From Felis catus (lineage: Eukaryota), in contig NC_058368.1 in assembly GCF_018350175.1 (NCBI RefSeq), positions 85,128,001-85,192,000 of the forward strand: a stretch of DNA of 64,000 nucleotides, in the 5' to 3' direction. This document shows, piece by piece, positions 51,614 to 64,000 of the stretch. The notes below the pieces were generated by a model. It made no database searches, was not told where the DNA came from, and saw only the letters and a list, made by a program, of their open reading frames with translations. The number at the start of each line of letters is the position of its first letter. The stretch's first letter is position 1. A program made the translations under genes and the position numbers.

Positions 51614-52979
51614 CAAATAAGTTTATAACTAACCACAAAAGCTTGCTTTCTTTTGGGGACATATATTCTTCTGTCCAGCGTTTGCTTGCAGGGAGTGTAT
51701 TTGGATGGATACATGTGCTGGGCTCTAGGATTTGTTGCTAGAAAAGAAAAAAAGACACCTAGCTTGTGTGAGAACTTTACCAGTCACTTGACTTTTTCTT
51801 TTGTGTGCTTTATAATTGACATGGAGCAAGACAGGATGTCAGAATCCACCAATGCTTTGACCCTTAGACTCTTCTCATAGGTGCTCCTGAGAAGTCTAAG
51901 TCACATCCTTCTCCCTGGATGACCCCTTGGGCAGGATCTGTCAGGGACAAGGTTCTGGTGAGGCATACAAGAGGCATTTGCTTCCTCCCTGTCATTTACA
52001 CCCTTGCCTCAGTTTATCCACAGTCAATGAAGAGGCCCAGATGGCTTCCACATTCCTCCTATCTGAGATGTGTTATGATCCCCCACTGGTGGTCGAAGGT
52101 AACAGGAAGAACCAAGAGCCACTACTCCCTCTTTGGGAGAAGAATTCATTCATTAATTTCTTCACTTATTCCATGACACTCATTAAGTTCCTAAGGCTCC
52201 TCAAAGGAGTCAATGGTTAAACTGTCCCTCAAGACAAGCTGGGGCTTTCCAGGCTCAGGAGGAGAGAATGGGGTCTTCAGGCTTCAAATCTGAGATGGAC
52301 TGAGGCAGGGAGACACCAGGATGTTGTGCACTCATGACCCAGAGGAGCAGCAGGGACCTCAGCATTTGTTGCTAGCCATGGTAGGGAGTTCAGGAGCAGG
52401 TCTTAATCCTATTTGCGGTCGCCAAAGGAGGGGTAACACGATGCTCAGACTCCCTTCAGAAAGGGAAGTCCAGGCTGAGTGTGGACTAAAGCAGTCATGG
52501 GCACAATAGGCAGACCAACCAGGTGCAAGGAATAGAGAATATTTCCAAAAACATTTCACAATGTCAGAATTATGTGTTCTTTATGCATTCATCAGTTGAT
52601 GGGCACTTGGAACTTAAAATATCTTAACATATTTTGAAGAGTTACATATAAGACATAAAATTCTAAAGTTTCAAGATGAAAAAATGGGGTATATCTCATT
52701 TGACATTTGTCTTGGCAATATATTTTTTCAAGATGGCAACAAAACACAAGCAACAAGTGCGTCTCCTTCAAACTAAAAATTTCTGCTTTGATGAGGTACT
52801 ATAAATAGTCAAATTCAAAAAGAAAGTGAGTTGATAGATGTATATTCTAAATGCAAAATTGTGATCTTTAGAGATAGCACATCAAAACATATTCTTGAAT
52901 GACATGTGCATACAGTAAGATTTACTAGAAAACACATTTCAAAGTATAGGGACCAATTTATGTATGAATATTTTCATTT

Positions 52980-53030
52980 TATATATATATATATGTGTGT
53001 GTGTGTGTATTAAAATATATATTTTTTCAT

Positions 53031-53061
<31 letters not shown>

Positions 53062-53084
53062 CATGAGAGAGAGAGAGAGAGAGA
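52980..53084. repeat. Compound microsatellite (TA)(TG)...(CA)(TA)(GA)
   Basis: Direct reading. Confidence 0.9.
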
Positions 53085-53199
53085 ACACAAAGTATATAGT
53101 TATAAATGTTTGCCCCAAATCATACAAAAATAACTTCAAGAAATGTATATTTTATTTTAAATTTGTACAATTTTAGATAATTGTACAAAGTACAATTTC

Positions 53200-54580
53200 A
53201 ACCTACTTCCTTTACCATTTTCGCACGGCATAGAATAGTGATAATCAACTCCCTAATGTTTTGTTTATCTAAGAATATTTTAAATTCATCCTCATTTTTT
53301 ACAGTATAGTTTGCAAATAAAGCATTCTCAGTGGATGGTTCGTTTGTTTTCACAGCTATATGAGCATATGAATGCACAGACTTTCAGTTTACAAAGTTTC
53401 AGTTGAGATATGTCCTGACATTCTTATTAGGAATCCCTTGCATGTGACAACTTTGTTATCTATTATTATTTCCAAAATTCTGTCTTTGGTATACAATAGT
53501 TCGACTAAAATGTAAGTTTGTGTAGATGTATTTAAGTTCATCAGCTTGGAAATTGTTGAGCTTGGATTTGTAGATTCATAGTTTCCATTAAATTGGACAG
53601 CTTTTAGCCACTTTTTTTCACATAATATTTCTTATTCTTGCTCTCTGCCTTTTGCTTCTGAGACTGACATAATGTATAGGTCAGCTTGTTAGTGTCACAT
53701 AGATCTCTCTATTCATTTTCATTTAATCTTAGAAAATCTTTCTGCTGTTGATAATTGATAATTTCAATTGTCCTATCTTCTAGATTGATTATCTCTTCTA
53801 CTTGTGCAAATCTTCTTCTGAATCACTCTGGTGAACTTTTAAACCTTATATATTGTACTCTCCAACTCAGAATTTGTGTTTATTATTTTTAATAATTTCT
53901 ATATCATTATTGACAATCACTTTATTCACACGTCATTTTCCTGAATTTGTCCACTTTTTTATTATCTCTTCGACCATCTTTAAAACAGTTGGTTTAAAGT
54001 CTTTGTCTAACACAACAGTTGTTTTAAGGTCTTTGTCAAATTAGTCCACTAACTGGACTTCCCAAGAGATGATTTTTATAAACTTATTTACTTCTTTAGC
54101 ATGGACCATACTTTCTTATTTCTTTGTAAGTCTTATGTATGTTTTATTTGTTTCTGAAATCTATACATTAGAATCTCATAATATTAATATTTTGAAAATT
54201 GAAATCTCATTTGTTTTGTTGTTTTTGTTTGTTGTTTGATTTCTTTGTAGGAGCTCTTTGTTAGGAATAAACTTGAGATATGAACTTCAGGTCCTCTTGT
54301 TTTTTTTTTATGAGTAAGCACTTTTCCCTCAGTATGCAAAATGACTTTTTAAATTACACCACATATAGAGTTGATTTTGATGTCCTAATCCTTAAATAGC
54401 TGTCTCCTGAAAAAATTAAAAGAAAAAAATTGAGAAAAAAACAAAGATTGTCTTTTTTAATGTCCTGGAAACAACTTCAGGCAATAGTGATTGAGGAAAT
54501 TGTGGCCTATCTCTAAGCTTGCACTTCTGCCATAAGAAAAATCTGTCCATAATCAGAACACAGATGCTCATTTCCTGGCC
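53200..54580 (-). mobile_element. Ancient LINE-1 (ORF1-region) remnant
   Basis: T-rich degenerate antisense L1M-like sequence; family not resolvable by eye. Confidence 0.55.
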
Positions 54581-54602
54581 TGATCAAAAACAGAAGACTT
54601 AC

Positions 54603-54841
54603 AAAAAAAACTGCTAAAATTGATTCATGAGTTCAGCAAAGTTACAGGATATAAGATCAATTCACAGAAATTTGTTGCATTCCTATACACCAACAATGAA
54701 GCAACAGAAAGAAAAATCAAGGAATCAATCCCATTTACAGTTGCACCAAAAACCATAAAATACCTAGGAACAAATTTAACCAAAGAGGTGAAAAGTCTAT
54801 ATACTGAAAACTATAGAAAGCTTATGAAAGAAATTGAAGGA

Positions 54842-54882
<41 letters not shown>

Positions 54883-56152
54883 GAAAGATTCCATGCTCCT
54901 GGATAGGAAGAACAAATATTGTTAAAATGTTGATACTACCCAAAGCAATCTACATATTCAATGCAGTCCCTATCAAAGTAACACCAGCGTTCTTCACAGA
55001 GCTAGAGCTAATAATCCTAAAATTTGTATGGTACCAGAAAAGACCCTGAATAGCCAAAGCAATCTTGAAGAAGAAGACCAAAGCAGGAGACATCACAATC
55101 CCAGACTTCAAGCTGCACTACAAAGCAGTAATCATCAAGACAGTATGGTACTGGCACAAGAACAGACACTCAGATCAACTCAACAGAATAGAGAACCCCA
55201 AAATGGACACACAAACTTATGGCCAACTAATCTTTGACAAAGTAGGAAAGAATATCCAATGGAATAAAGACAGTCTCTTCAGCAAGTGGTGCTGGGAAAA
55301 CTGGACAGCAACATGCAGGAGAATGAACCTGGACCACTTTCTTACACCATACACAAAAATAAACTCAAAATGGATGAAAGACCTCAATGTAAGACAGGAA
55401 TCCATCAAAACCCTCGAGGAGAAAGCAGGCAAAAACCTCTTTGATCTTGGCCACAGCAACTTCTTACTCAACACGTCTCTGGAGGCAAGGGAAACAAAAG
55501 CAAAAATGAACTACCGGGACCTCATCAAAATAAAAAGCTTTTGAACAGCGAAGGAAACAATCAGCAAAACTAAAAGGCAACCAATGGAAAGGGAGAAGAT
55601 ATTTGCAAATGACATATCAGATAAAGGGTTAGTATCCAAAATCTATAAAGAACTTATCAAACTCAACACCCAAAAAAACAAATAATCCAGTGAAGAAATG
55701 GGCAAAAGACATGAATAGGCACTTCTCCAAGGAAGACATCCAGATGGCCAACTGACACATGAAAAAATGCTCAACATCACTCATCATCAGGGAAATACAA
55801 TCAAAACCATAATGAGATATCACCTGACACCTGTCAGAATGGCTAACATTAACAACTCAGGCAACAACAGATGTTGGTGAGGATGTGGAGAAAGAGAATC
55901 TCTTTTCCATTGTTGGTGGGAATGCAAGCGGTGCAGCCACTCTGGAAAACACTATGAGGTTCCTCATAAAACTAAAAATAGAACTACCCTACAACCCAGC
56001 AATTGCACTAGTAAGCATTTATCCACGGGATACAGGTGTGCTGTTTTGAAGGGACACATGCGCCCCCATGTTTATAGCAGCACTATCAATAATAGCCAAA
56101 GTATGGAAAGAGCCCAAATGTCCACACACGGATGAATGGATAAAGAAGATGT

Positions 56153-56194
<42 letters not shown>

Positions 56195-56705
56195 GTGTGT
56201 GTGTGTGTGTGTATATACGTATACATATACATATACATATACATATACACACATGTATATGTATACATATACATATATATACATGTACATATACACACAC
56301 ACACACACACACAATGGATATTGCTCGGCAATCAAAAAAGAATGAAATCTTGCCATTTGCAACTACATGGATGGAATTGGAGGGTATTATACTAAGTGAA
56401 ATTAGTCAGAGAAATACAAAAATCACGTGACTTCAGTCATTGAGGACTTTAAGAGACAAAACAAATGAACATAAGGGAAGGGAAACAAAAATATTCTAAA
56501 AACCAGGAGGGGGACAAAACAGAAGAGACTCTTTAATATGGAGAACGATCTGAGGGTTGCTGGAGGGGTTGTGGGAGAGGGGATGGGCTAAATGGGTAAG
56601 GGGCATTAAAGGATCTACTCCCAAAATCATTGTTTCACTATATGCTAACTAATTTGGATATAAATTTTAAAAAATAAAAAAACAAAATTAAAAAAAGAGG
56701 AAAAA
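54603..56705 (+). mobile_element. Relatively young 5'-truncated LINE-1 (about 2.1 kb)
   Basis: Well-preserved ORF2p C-terminal half ([25 protein letters not shown]); perfect 17-bp TSD AAAAACAGAAGACTTAC (54586-54602 and 56706-56722). Confidence 0.95.
56152..56313. repeat. Compound (TA)n/(TG)n/(TATACA)n/(CA)n tract
   Basis: Direct reading. Confidence 0.92.
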
Positions 56706-56726
56706 AAAAACAGAAGACTTACTCAG

Positions 56727-57415
56727 AGGGGGGCTAAAATGACACACTATGGAGGCTTCTGAGCTCGCTTCATCCCATGGACACACCAAGAAAACAGGTA
56801 CTTCTGTGTAACTAACCCTGAAAATGAACTGAATAGCGGGAGAATAGACTTTCTACAGTTAATCTTAGAAAAGAGGCCACATCAGAAAGGGTGGAAGGGT
56901 TGGGAATCAAACCCCAGATGGGATATAACCACAAATGTGATGGAAACCACAAGCATAGAAAAAGAAAAGGATCAGATCCCACACCAGGCATCCCAAGGAT
57001 TGGGGATCTGCACTGATAAGATTAACATGTTAACAGCTGGCTATGAAATCCAGTGAAACTTAAGTGCATGAGCTTTTAGAATCAGTGTGACTTACTTCTG
57101 GGTACTTAGAAAATTAGTGGGATTACTTTGGGAGAGCCAGAAGGCAATAGGAAACTGAGTCATCTCCATTAATGAGCTGGCAAAATAAGTAATTTAAGTT
57201 GAGACACAGTAGAGAGCAGCAGTTTGAAAAGTATCTGGGACAATGGACACGGGCTGCTTCAGTTATCTTGGCTATTATAAATAATGTTGCTCTTAACATA
57301 GGGGTGCATGCTTTGCCTTGCATTAGTGTTTTTGTATTCTTTGGGTAAAGATCCAGTATTACCACTGCTGGATCAGATGGTAGTTCTATTTTTAACTTTT
57401 CAAGGAAACTATATA
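56727..57415. mobile_element. LINE-1 5' UTR-like piece (+, to about 57240) abutting an antisense ORF2-end piece
   Basis: G-run start and 5' UTR-like sequence; 57245-57415 is antisense L1 (LYPKNTKTLMQ on minus). Confidence 0.6.
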
Positions 57416-57439
57416 CTAAAAAACAGACTCTGTTTTTAA

Positions 57440-60400
57440 GTTTTTTTTTTTAATTTAAATTCCAGTTAGTTAACATATAGTGCAATAGTAGTTTCATGTG
57501 TAAAACTTAGTGATTCAAGACTTCCATACAGCAACCAGTGCCCATCATAAGTGCACTCTTTAACCTCTATTACCTATTCAACCCATCCCCCCACTCATCT
57601 CCTCTTTAGCAATCACCAGTTTATTCGCTAGTTAAGAGTTTGTTTCTTGGTTTGACTCCCTCTCTCCTTTTTTTTCCCCTATGATGGTTAGTTTTGTTTC
57701 TTAAATTCCACATCTGAGCGAAATATGGTATTTGTCTTTCTCTGACTTATTCTGCTTACCATAATACTCTCTAGCTCTATCCATGTCACTGTAAATGCCA
57801 AGATTTCACTATTTTTTATAGCTGAGTAATATTTCATTATATTTGTTTCTTCTTCCTCCTCCTCCTCTCTTTCTTCCCCTTCTCCTCCTCCTCCTCCTCC
57901 TCCTCCTCCTCCTTCTTCTTCTTCTCCTTCTTCTCCTAAGTGTTATTATTATTATCATTATTTTAATTTTAGGGAGATAGAGGGAGAAAACAGGGGACAA
58001 GGACAGAAGTCAGGAAAGAGTGAATCTTAAGCAGACTCCATGCCCATTGTGGAGCCCAACACAGCACTTAACCCCACAACTCTGGGATCGTGACCTGAGC
58101 TGAAATCAAGAGTCAGATGTTCAAGCAACTGAGCCACCCAGTTGTCCTCCATTATATTTATATATCACATCTTCTTTATCCATTCATCATTCAATCGACA
58201 TTAAGATTTTTCCATCCTTTGGATACTGTTACAAGCATGTTATAAACATGTTTAAAACATTCATGGGGGGTCATCTCATGTATATTTTTGAATTATTATT
58301 TTGTAATATTTGGTCAAATATTTAGTAGTGCAATTTCTTGACCATAAGGTAGTCCTATTTTTAACTTTTTGAGGAATTTCTGCACTGTTCTTCAGAGTGA
58401 CTGCACAAGTTTGTATCCCCTCCAACAGTGCAAAAGGGGGTCCTCTTTCTCCACATCCTAGCCAACACCTGTTGTTTCTTGTATTGCTGATTTTAGCCAT
58501 TCTGACAGGTGTGAGGTGATATATCTTTGTAGATTTTATTTGAATTTCCTTCAACATGAGTGTTGTTATTTATTCATGTATCTGTAGCCCTCCATGCTCT
58601 ATTTTTTGGAAACATGTCTATTTATGCCTTCTGCTCAGGTTTTACGTGGATTAATCATTTTTGGAGTGCATAAGTTCTTCATATATTTTGGATGCTAACC
58701 TTTTATCAGATATGTCATTTGCAAATATCTTCTCCCATTCTGTATGTTATCTTTCAGTTTTGTTGATAATTTCCTCCCTTGTGCAGAAACTGTTTTATTT
58801 CATGAAGCCACAATAGTTTATTTCTGCTTTTGTTTTCCTTGACTCAGGGGACATATCTAGCAGGAAGTTTCAATGATTAGTGCCTGTGTTCCACTCTAAA
58901 ATTGTTATGGTTTTCAGTCTCACATTAAGGTTGTTAATACATTTTGAATTTATTTTTGTGTATGTTGTAAGAAGTGGTCCAGTTGCATACTTTTGCAGGT
59001 TGTTTTCCAGTTTCCCAACAGCATTTTTTGAAGAAACTGTCTTGTTTCCATTGGATACTTTTTCCTACTTTGTAAAAGATTAACTGACCATATAGTTGGA
59101 TTAATATGTCATTTATCTATTTTGTTCCATTGACTAATGTGTCTATTTTTGTTCCAGTACCATACTCTCTTGATTACTGCAGCTTCGTAATATAACTTGA
59201 AGTCTGGAATTGTGATGCTTCCAGCTTTTATTTTCTTTTCAAGATTGCTTTGGCTATTCAGGGTCTTTGTGTTTCCATACAAATTTTAGAATTGTTTGTT
59301 CTAGATCTGTGAAAAATACTGTTGGTATTTTAATAGGGATTACAATAATGTGTAAGTTGCTTTGGGTGGTGTAGACATTTTAACAGTATTTGTTTTTCCA
59401 GTCCTTGAGCACGGAATTTCTTCTATTTATTTGTGTCCTTTTCAATTTCCTTCAACAATATTTTATAGTTTTCAGAGTATTAAACTTTCACCTCTTTAGT
59501 TATGTTTATTTCTACTATATTATTATTTTTGGTGCAATTTTAAATGGTATTTATTCCTTAGTTACTCTTTGTGCTGCTTCATTACTAGGGTATAGAAATG
59601 TAACAGAATTTTGTACATTTATTTTGTATCCTGGGGTTTTACTAATTTCCTGAATCATTGCTAGCGATTTCTTGGTGGAGTCTTTGGGTTTTCTATGTAG
59701 AATATTGTATCATCTGCAAATAAAGTTTGACTCCTTCCTTGCCAATTTGGATGCTTTTTATTTCTTTTTGTTGTCTGATTGCTATGTCTAATACTTCTAG
59801 TATGATGTTGAATAAAAGTGATGCAGTGAACATCACTTTCTTGTTTCTGACCATAGGAGAAAATCTCTCAGTTTATCCCCAGTGAGGATTATATTAGTTC
59901 TGGGTTTTTCATACATGGCCTTTATGATGACAAAGTATTTCCTCTTATCTTACTTTGTTGATGATTTTTATCATGAATAGATGCTGTACTATGTCAAGTG
60001 CTTTTTCTGCATCTCTTGAGAGGAGCCTATGGTTCCTATCCTTTCTGTTATAATGTGGAGTTCAACATTGATTGACTTGCAAATATTGAAGCATTCTTGC
60101 AGCCCAGGAATAAGTCCCACTTGATCATGATGAATGATTCCTTTAGTTTACTGTTGGATTCAGTTTGCTAGTATTTTATTGAGAATTTTTGCATCCATGT
60201 TCATCAGGAATATTGGCCTATGGTTCTTTTTTTTTTTTTTTAGTGAAGACTTTGGTTTTGTTATCAGTGTATGTTGGCCTCATAAAATGAATTTGAAAGA
60301 CTTCTTGCCTTTTATATTTTTTGGCATAGTTTGAGAGGAATAAGTATGAACTCTTCTTTAAAAGTTTGGAAGAATTCACCTGTGAAGCTATCTGGGCCTG

Positions 60401-60497
60401 TAGTTTTGATTACTGGGCGATTTTTAAATTACTGATTAAATTACTTTGCTGTTTATCAGTGTCTTCAAGTTTTCTATTTGTTCCTGTTTCAGTTTGA
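57440..60497 (-). mobile_element. 5'-truncated LINE-1 (about 3 kb) with a nested CT-rich tract (57845-57937) and Can-SINE (about 57950-58148)
   Basis: Poly(T), antisense 3' UTR and ORF2; SINE ending GAGCCACCCAGTTGTCC. Confidence 0.9.
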
Positions 60498-60689
60498 AAT
60501 AAGATAAATTTTCCATGGCCTCTCCCTTCCACTTCTGTGAAAGTGCCTGGGGATTAATGAGTATGCCTCTAAGTGCATTCTACTCTGAGAGCAAATATTG
60601 AAAATGAAGTGAGGTTTCAAATGAGTGATTTGAAGTTAGTTCCTATGAGGCTTAATATATTTACTAATTAAATACTGAGGTTTTAAAAG

Positions 60690-60845
60690 GATGGTAATTA
60701 TGTGAGGTAAACTATGGTGTTAACCAATCTTACTTTGGTAAGTGTTTTATAATACATAAGTATGTCAAACAATGACACTCTACACCTTAAAGTTACCCAA
60801 AATATGCCATTTACATCTCAATAAGCTGCAAAAAGCAAAAAAAAG
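60690..60845 (+). mobile_element. Old L1M 3' terminus
   Basis: GTAATTATGTGAGGT...TACACCTTAAA...TTACATCTCAATAAGCTG followed by an A tail. Confidence 0.7.
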
Positions 60846-61004
60846 GTACTTACAGTCATTTTTGTAAGAATAATCTTAAAGCATTTAAATAGACACCCAA
60901 ATAACAAATGCTCACATGTACACACACACACATTAACACACACACAAATACATACACATCTCTCAGATTTGAAGAGAAGACTTTTCATTTCCAGAAAAAT
61001 TATA

Positions 61005-63125
61005 TTTTTAATTTTAATTTGTTTATTGAGATATAATTGACCAATAAATTACATAGACTTCAAGATAGCAAGTGATGACTTAATATATGTATATGTTATG
61101 AAATAATAACCACAATCAAGATAATTACCATTGTATTATCACAAAATTAACATTTTATTTTTTTTCGTTTTGGTGGAGAATGGTTACTATCTATTCTCTT
61201 AGCAAATCTCAATTACTCAATGTGGCATTATTAACAAAATTAACCATGTTGTACATTACCTTCTCATATTTTGTTCATCTAATAACAACTAATTTGTACC
61301 CTTGTACCAACATCTCCCCATTTCTCCAACACCCAGCCCCAGACAACCACCATTCTACCCTCAGTTTCTGAGTCCTATTTTTTTTATTTTTGTTTATGTT
61401 TTTAGATTATACATGTTTGTGATATAATACTGTTTTTATCTTTCTTCCTCTGGCTTATATTATTTAATATAATGTCTTCCCGGTTCATCCACATTGTCCA
61501 AATCACAAAATCTCCTCCTTTTTTGTGGCAGAATAATATTTATTGATTTACATATTTTAAACCATTCTTGCTTTCCAGAGATAAATTTTAATTGGTCATG
61601 TTGTATGTTTCCTTCAATATGCTATGGGATTTCTTTGCTTGTATTTTGTTGAGTATACTGCATCTATTTTTATCAAGGATATTAACTTGTATTTTCCTTT
61701 CTAGTAGATTCCCTTCTGGCTTTGGTAAAAGACAATGCTTCTTCAATAAAATGAGTTTTGAAGTATTCTTTCTTTTTCAATAGTTAAGAAGAGTTGGAGA
61801 AAAATTGATATTAATTATTCTTGACTTGTTTGGTAGAATTCACTAGTGAATCTATCTGTTATTGGGGTTTCATTGTTAGGAGATTTTTGATTACTGATTC
61901 AATCTCTTTACTAGTCATTTGCTCAGCTTTCTGATTTCTCATGATTCAATCTTGGTAGGTTATATTTCTAAGAGTTTATCTTATTCTTATAGGTTATCCA
62001 ATTTCTTGCATATAACTATCCATACTTTTATATATCTGCAGCATTGGTTTTAATATCACCTTTTTCATTTCTGATTTTGTTTATTTGCATATGATCACTT
62101 TTTTATAGTCTAGCTAAAGTTTTGTCAATTTTATTTTTTTCTAGTGTTTTTCTAGTCTCCATTTACTTTATTTCTTTACTGCTCTCAACTATTTCCTTCC
62201 TTGTAGTAACTTGGGTTTAATGTACTAATTTTCTATTTTCTTGAGTCATAAATTAGGTGGTTTATTTGAGACCTCTCTTAGTGGTGGTTGCACTAGTGTC
62301 TGATGGATGGATGCCAGTGGCGCAGCCACAGAGCTGGCACTGGTACATGGGTGCTCACAGCGTGACAACAGCTCTAAAGTCTGGGGCACTGGCTAGCTTG
62401 CAGGGGCATAGCTCCTGCTGCCTGAAACATGGACACATAAGGAAGGAAAAGCTGTGGAGCTGGAGTCTGGGTACATGGGGAGGTGTACAGAGCCAAAGTT
62501 TGGCACTCAAGCATACATGGATGAGCTATGACTCCTGTTCAGGGGTCCACAGGGCAGGTAGGGATATTCATAGACTTGGTCCTATGGTAACACAACAGCA
62601 GCTCCTTCTGAGATGATGGAGCAGAGCTGCACCTCACAGCCATGACTGATGGTTACTTCAGTGGTGAGAGATTTCAGTGTCCTCTGCAAAGGCAGGCAAC
62701 TGGGGTCTGTGATGATGAACAATGCAGGGTCCCCATGCTGTGAAATTTGTGGAGAGTCTGTAGCTATTGTGAGATTGGTGGGGTCCACAACAGCCAAGAC
62801 TGTTGGGCTCTTCAGCAGAGGAAGCCACTCAAGATGGCAATGGCACCTGTTGCATGACAGATACTAGTAGCTTGCCCCTGTGTCTGTGTAGCCTCTCCAC
62901 ATATTTCCAGATCTCTTCACTCTGTCAGTGTCCTGAGTGGTCCTCTCTGTGTGGTGATTCTTCATATTGCCCTCCACTCTGTTGTTGTAGACTTTTAATT
63001 GTACTTTTAGCTTTGCAAGGGCTACTTTAATTTGTTTCTTTTATTTTTATTTATTAATATAAACTAATTGTGTGGGGGTGGTGTATAAAGCTGATGTGTC
63101 CTATTTTGCTATTTTGCTTTGAATT
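61005..63125 (-). mobile_element. Old internally deleted LINE-1: 3' UTR, ORF2 piece and probable GC-richer 5' UTR (62260-63125)
   Basis: TTTATTGAGATATAATTGAC terminus, antisense ORF2 at 61560-62260, then a GC-richer block; the 5' UTR assignment is less certain. Confidence 0.65.
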
Positions 63126-64000
63126 CTTGATCCCTGTGCTGAATATTAAGGCAGAAGAAAATAAGTTAAGAATTTAATTACCAAGTGTGTCATTTTCAGG
63201 GTAACTATGTTATTTCTTGTCTAAAGTGTGACACTGATGATGAGGCAAGAAAACATTATTAATAATTTTCTGGGATAATAGGCAGAACCCAAGAATTTCT
63301 GAGTCTGACAAATGAGGTTATGATATCCGACATAGAAGTTTAATGTACTTTATAGCAAGATAGTGATGCAAAATATATTTTACTTCTATTTGTGATGTTA
63401 GGTCACATAAAAAATAATCAGACAGAAATCATTCATTTAAAATTGTGCTTCATTGAAATATGTTTGATTTTTTAAAAGGTAACAAATAAATATTTTAATC
63501 AAGTTTTTATGTATTTTCTATATCAAGATAAATTACATTTAACCTACTTCATGTTCGCAATGCATTTTCAGCACTTCTGCCATATTATTCTCTTTTCCTT
63601 CCCCTTAATTTATTTTTTCTCATATTGTCTCATGTTAAAATGCTCATACTTGTTATCATGCTCTTCAATTGCAATAACACTCTTATTTAAACACTTATCT
63701 CTCAAAAAATCATTTTATTCCTTTCCATGTCTGGTGGCCTATTGTTCTTTAGAAGAGCCTTATCTTTGCTTATATTATTTTCCTGTCAATAGTAAATACA
63801 TTAGGCAACTGTGATATGTAAGATCCATTCCCAATACCATCTTTGTAAGTTACTTATCAACAAATAAATTAAAAAGTATGGAATAGACACATAGGATATA
63901 CTTTATAATATAGTGTCATTGGGAAAAGCAGATAATAAAATTGTATATAATTATTACTGTTAAAATTAAGATGCATGCATATAAAATGTTGATTATAATT

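Noticed and set aside
56019..58000. Low-complexity ORFs (YI, HT, poly-R)
   Set aside because: Translations of microsatellites.
148..58148. tRNA-like A/B-box sequences
   Set aside because: They are tRNA-derived Can-SINE heads, not tRNA genes. No CRISPR array or rRNA was seen.
63430..63820. Hydrophobic 101-aa ORF, possibly an OR pseudogene
   Set aside because: No OR motifs seen; T-rich composition explains the hydrophobicity.

Overview
This is mammalian genomic DNA, almost certainly from a cat (Felidae), judging by young CpG-rich felid-type Can-SINEs and carnivore LINE-1. It is part of an olfactory receptor (OR) cluster with two apparently intact single-coding-exon OR genes facing each other about 40 kb apart: 2817-3758 (+), family 2/13-like and resembling OR13H1, and 43607-44566 (-), family 6-like. 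By eye about two-thirds of the window is LINE-1, including two decayed full-length copies, one interrupted copy and many nested fragments. It also holds about 18 Can-SINEs, a Tigger2a-type DNA transposon remnant, a processed RPL10 pseudogene and microsatellites. Nearly all other ORF-track entries are L1 fragments or chance ORFs. I see no new protein-coding system. The best unexplained structures are a perfect 51-bp-arm hairpin replacing the end of one L1's ORF2, two closely related full-length L1s with unrelated 5' UTRs, an unexplained ~900-bp GC-richer insert inside a deleted L1, a template-switch palindrome in a young SINE, and candidate homeodomain plus O/E regulatory sites. Repeat boundaries and subfamily names were read by eye and are approximate.
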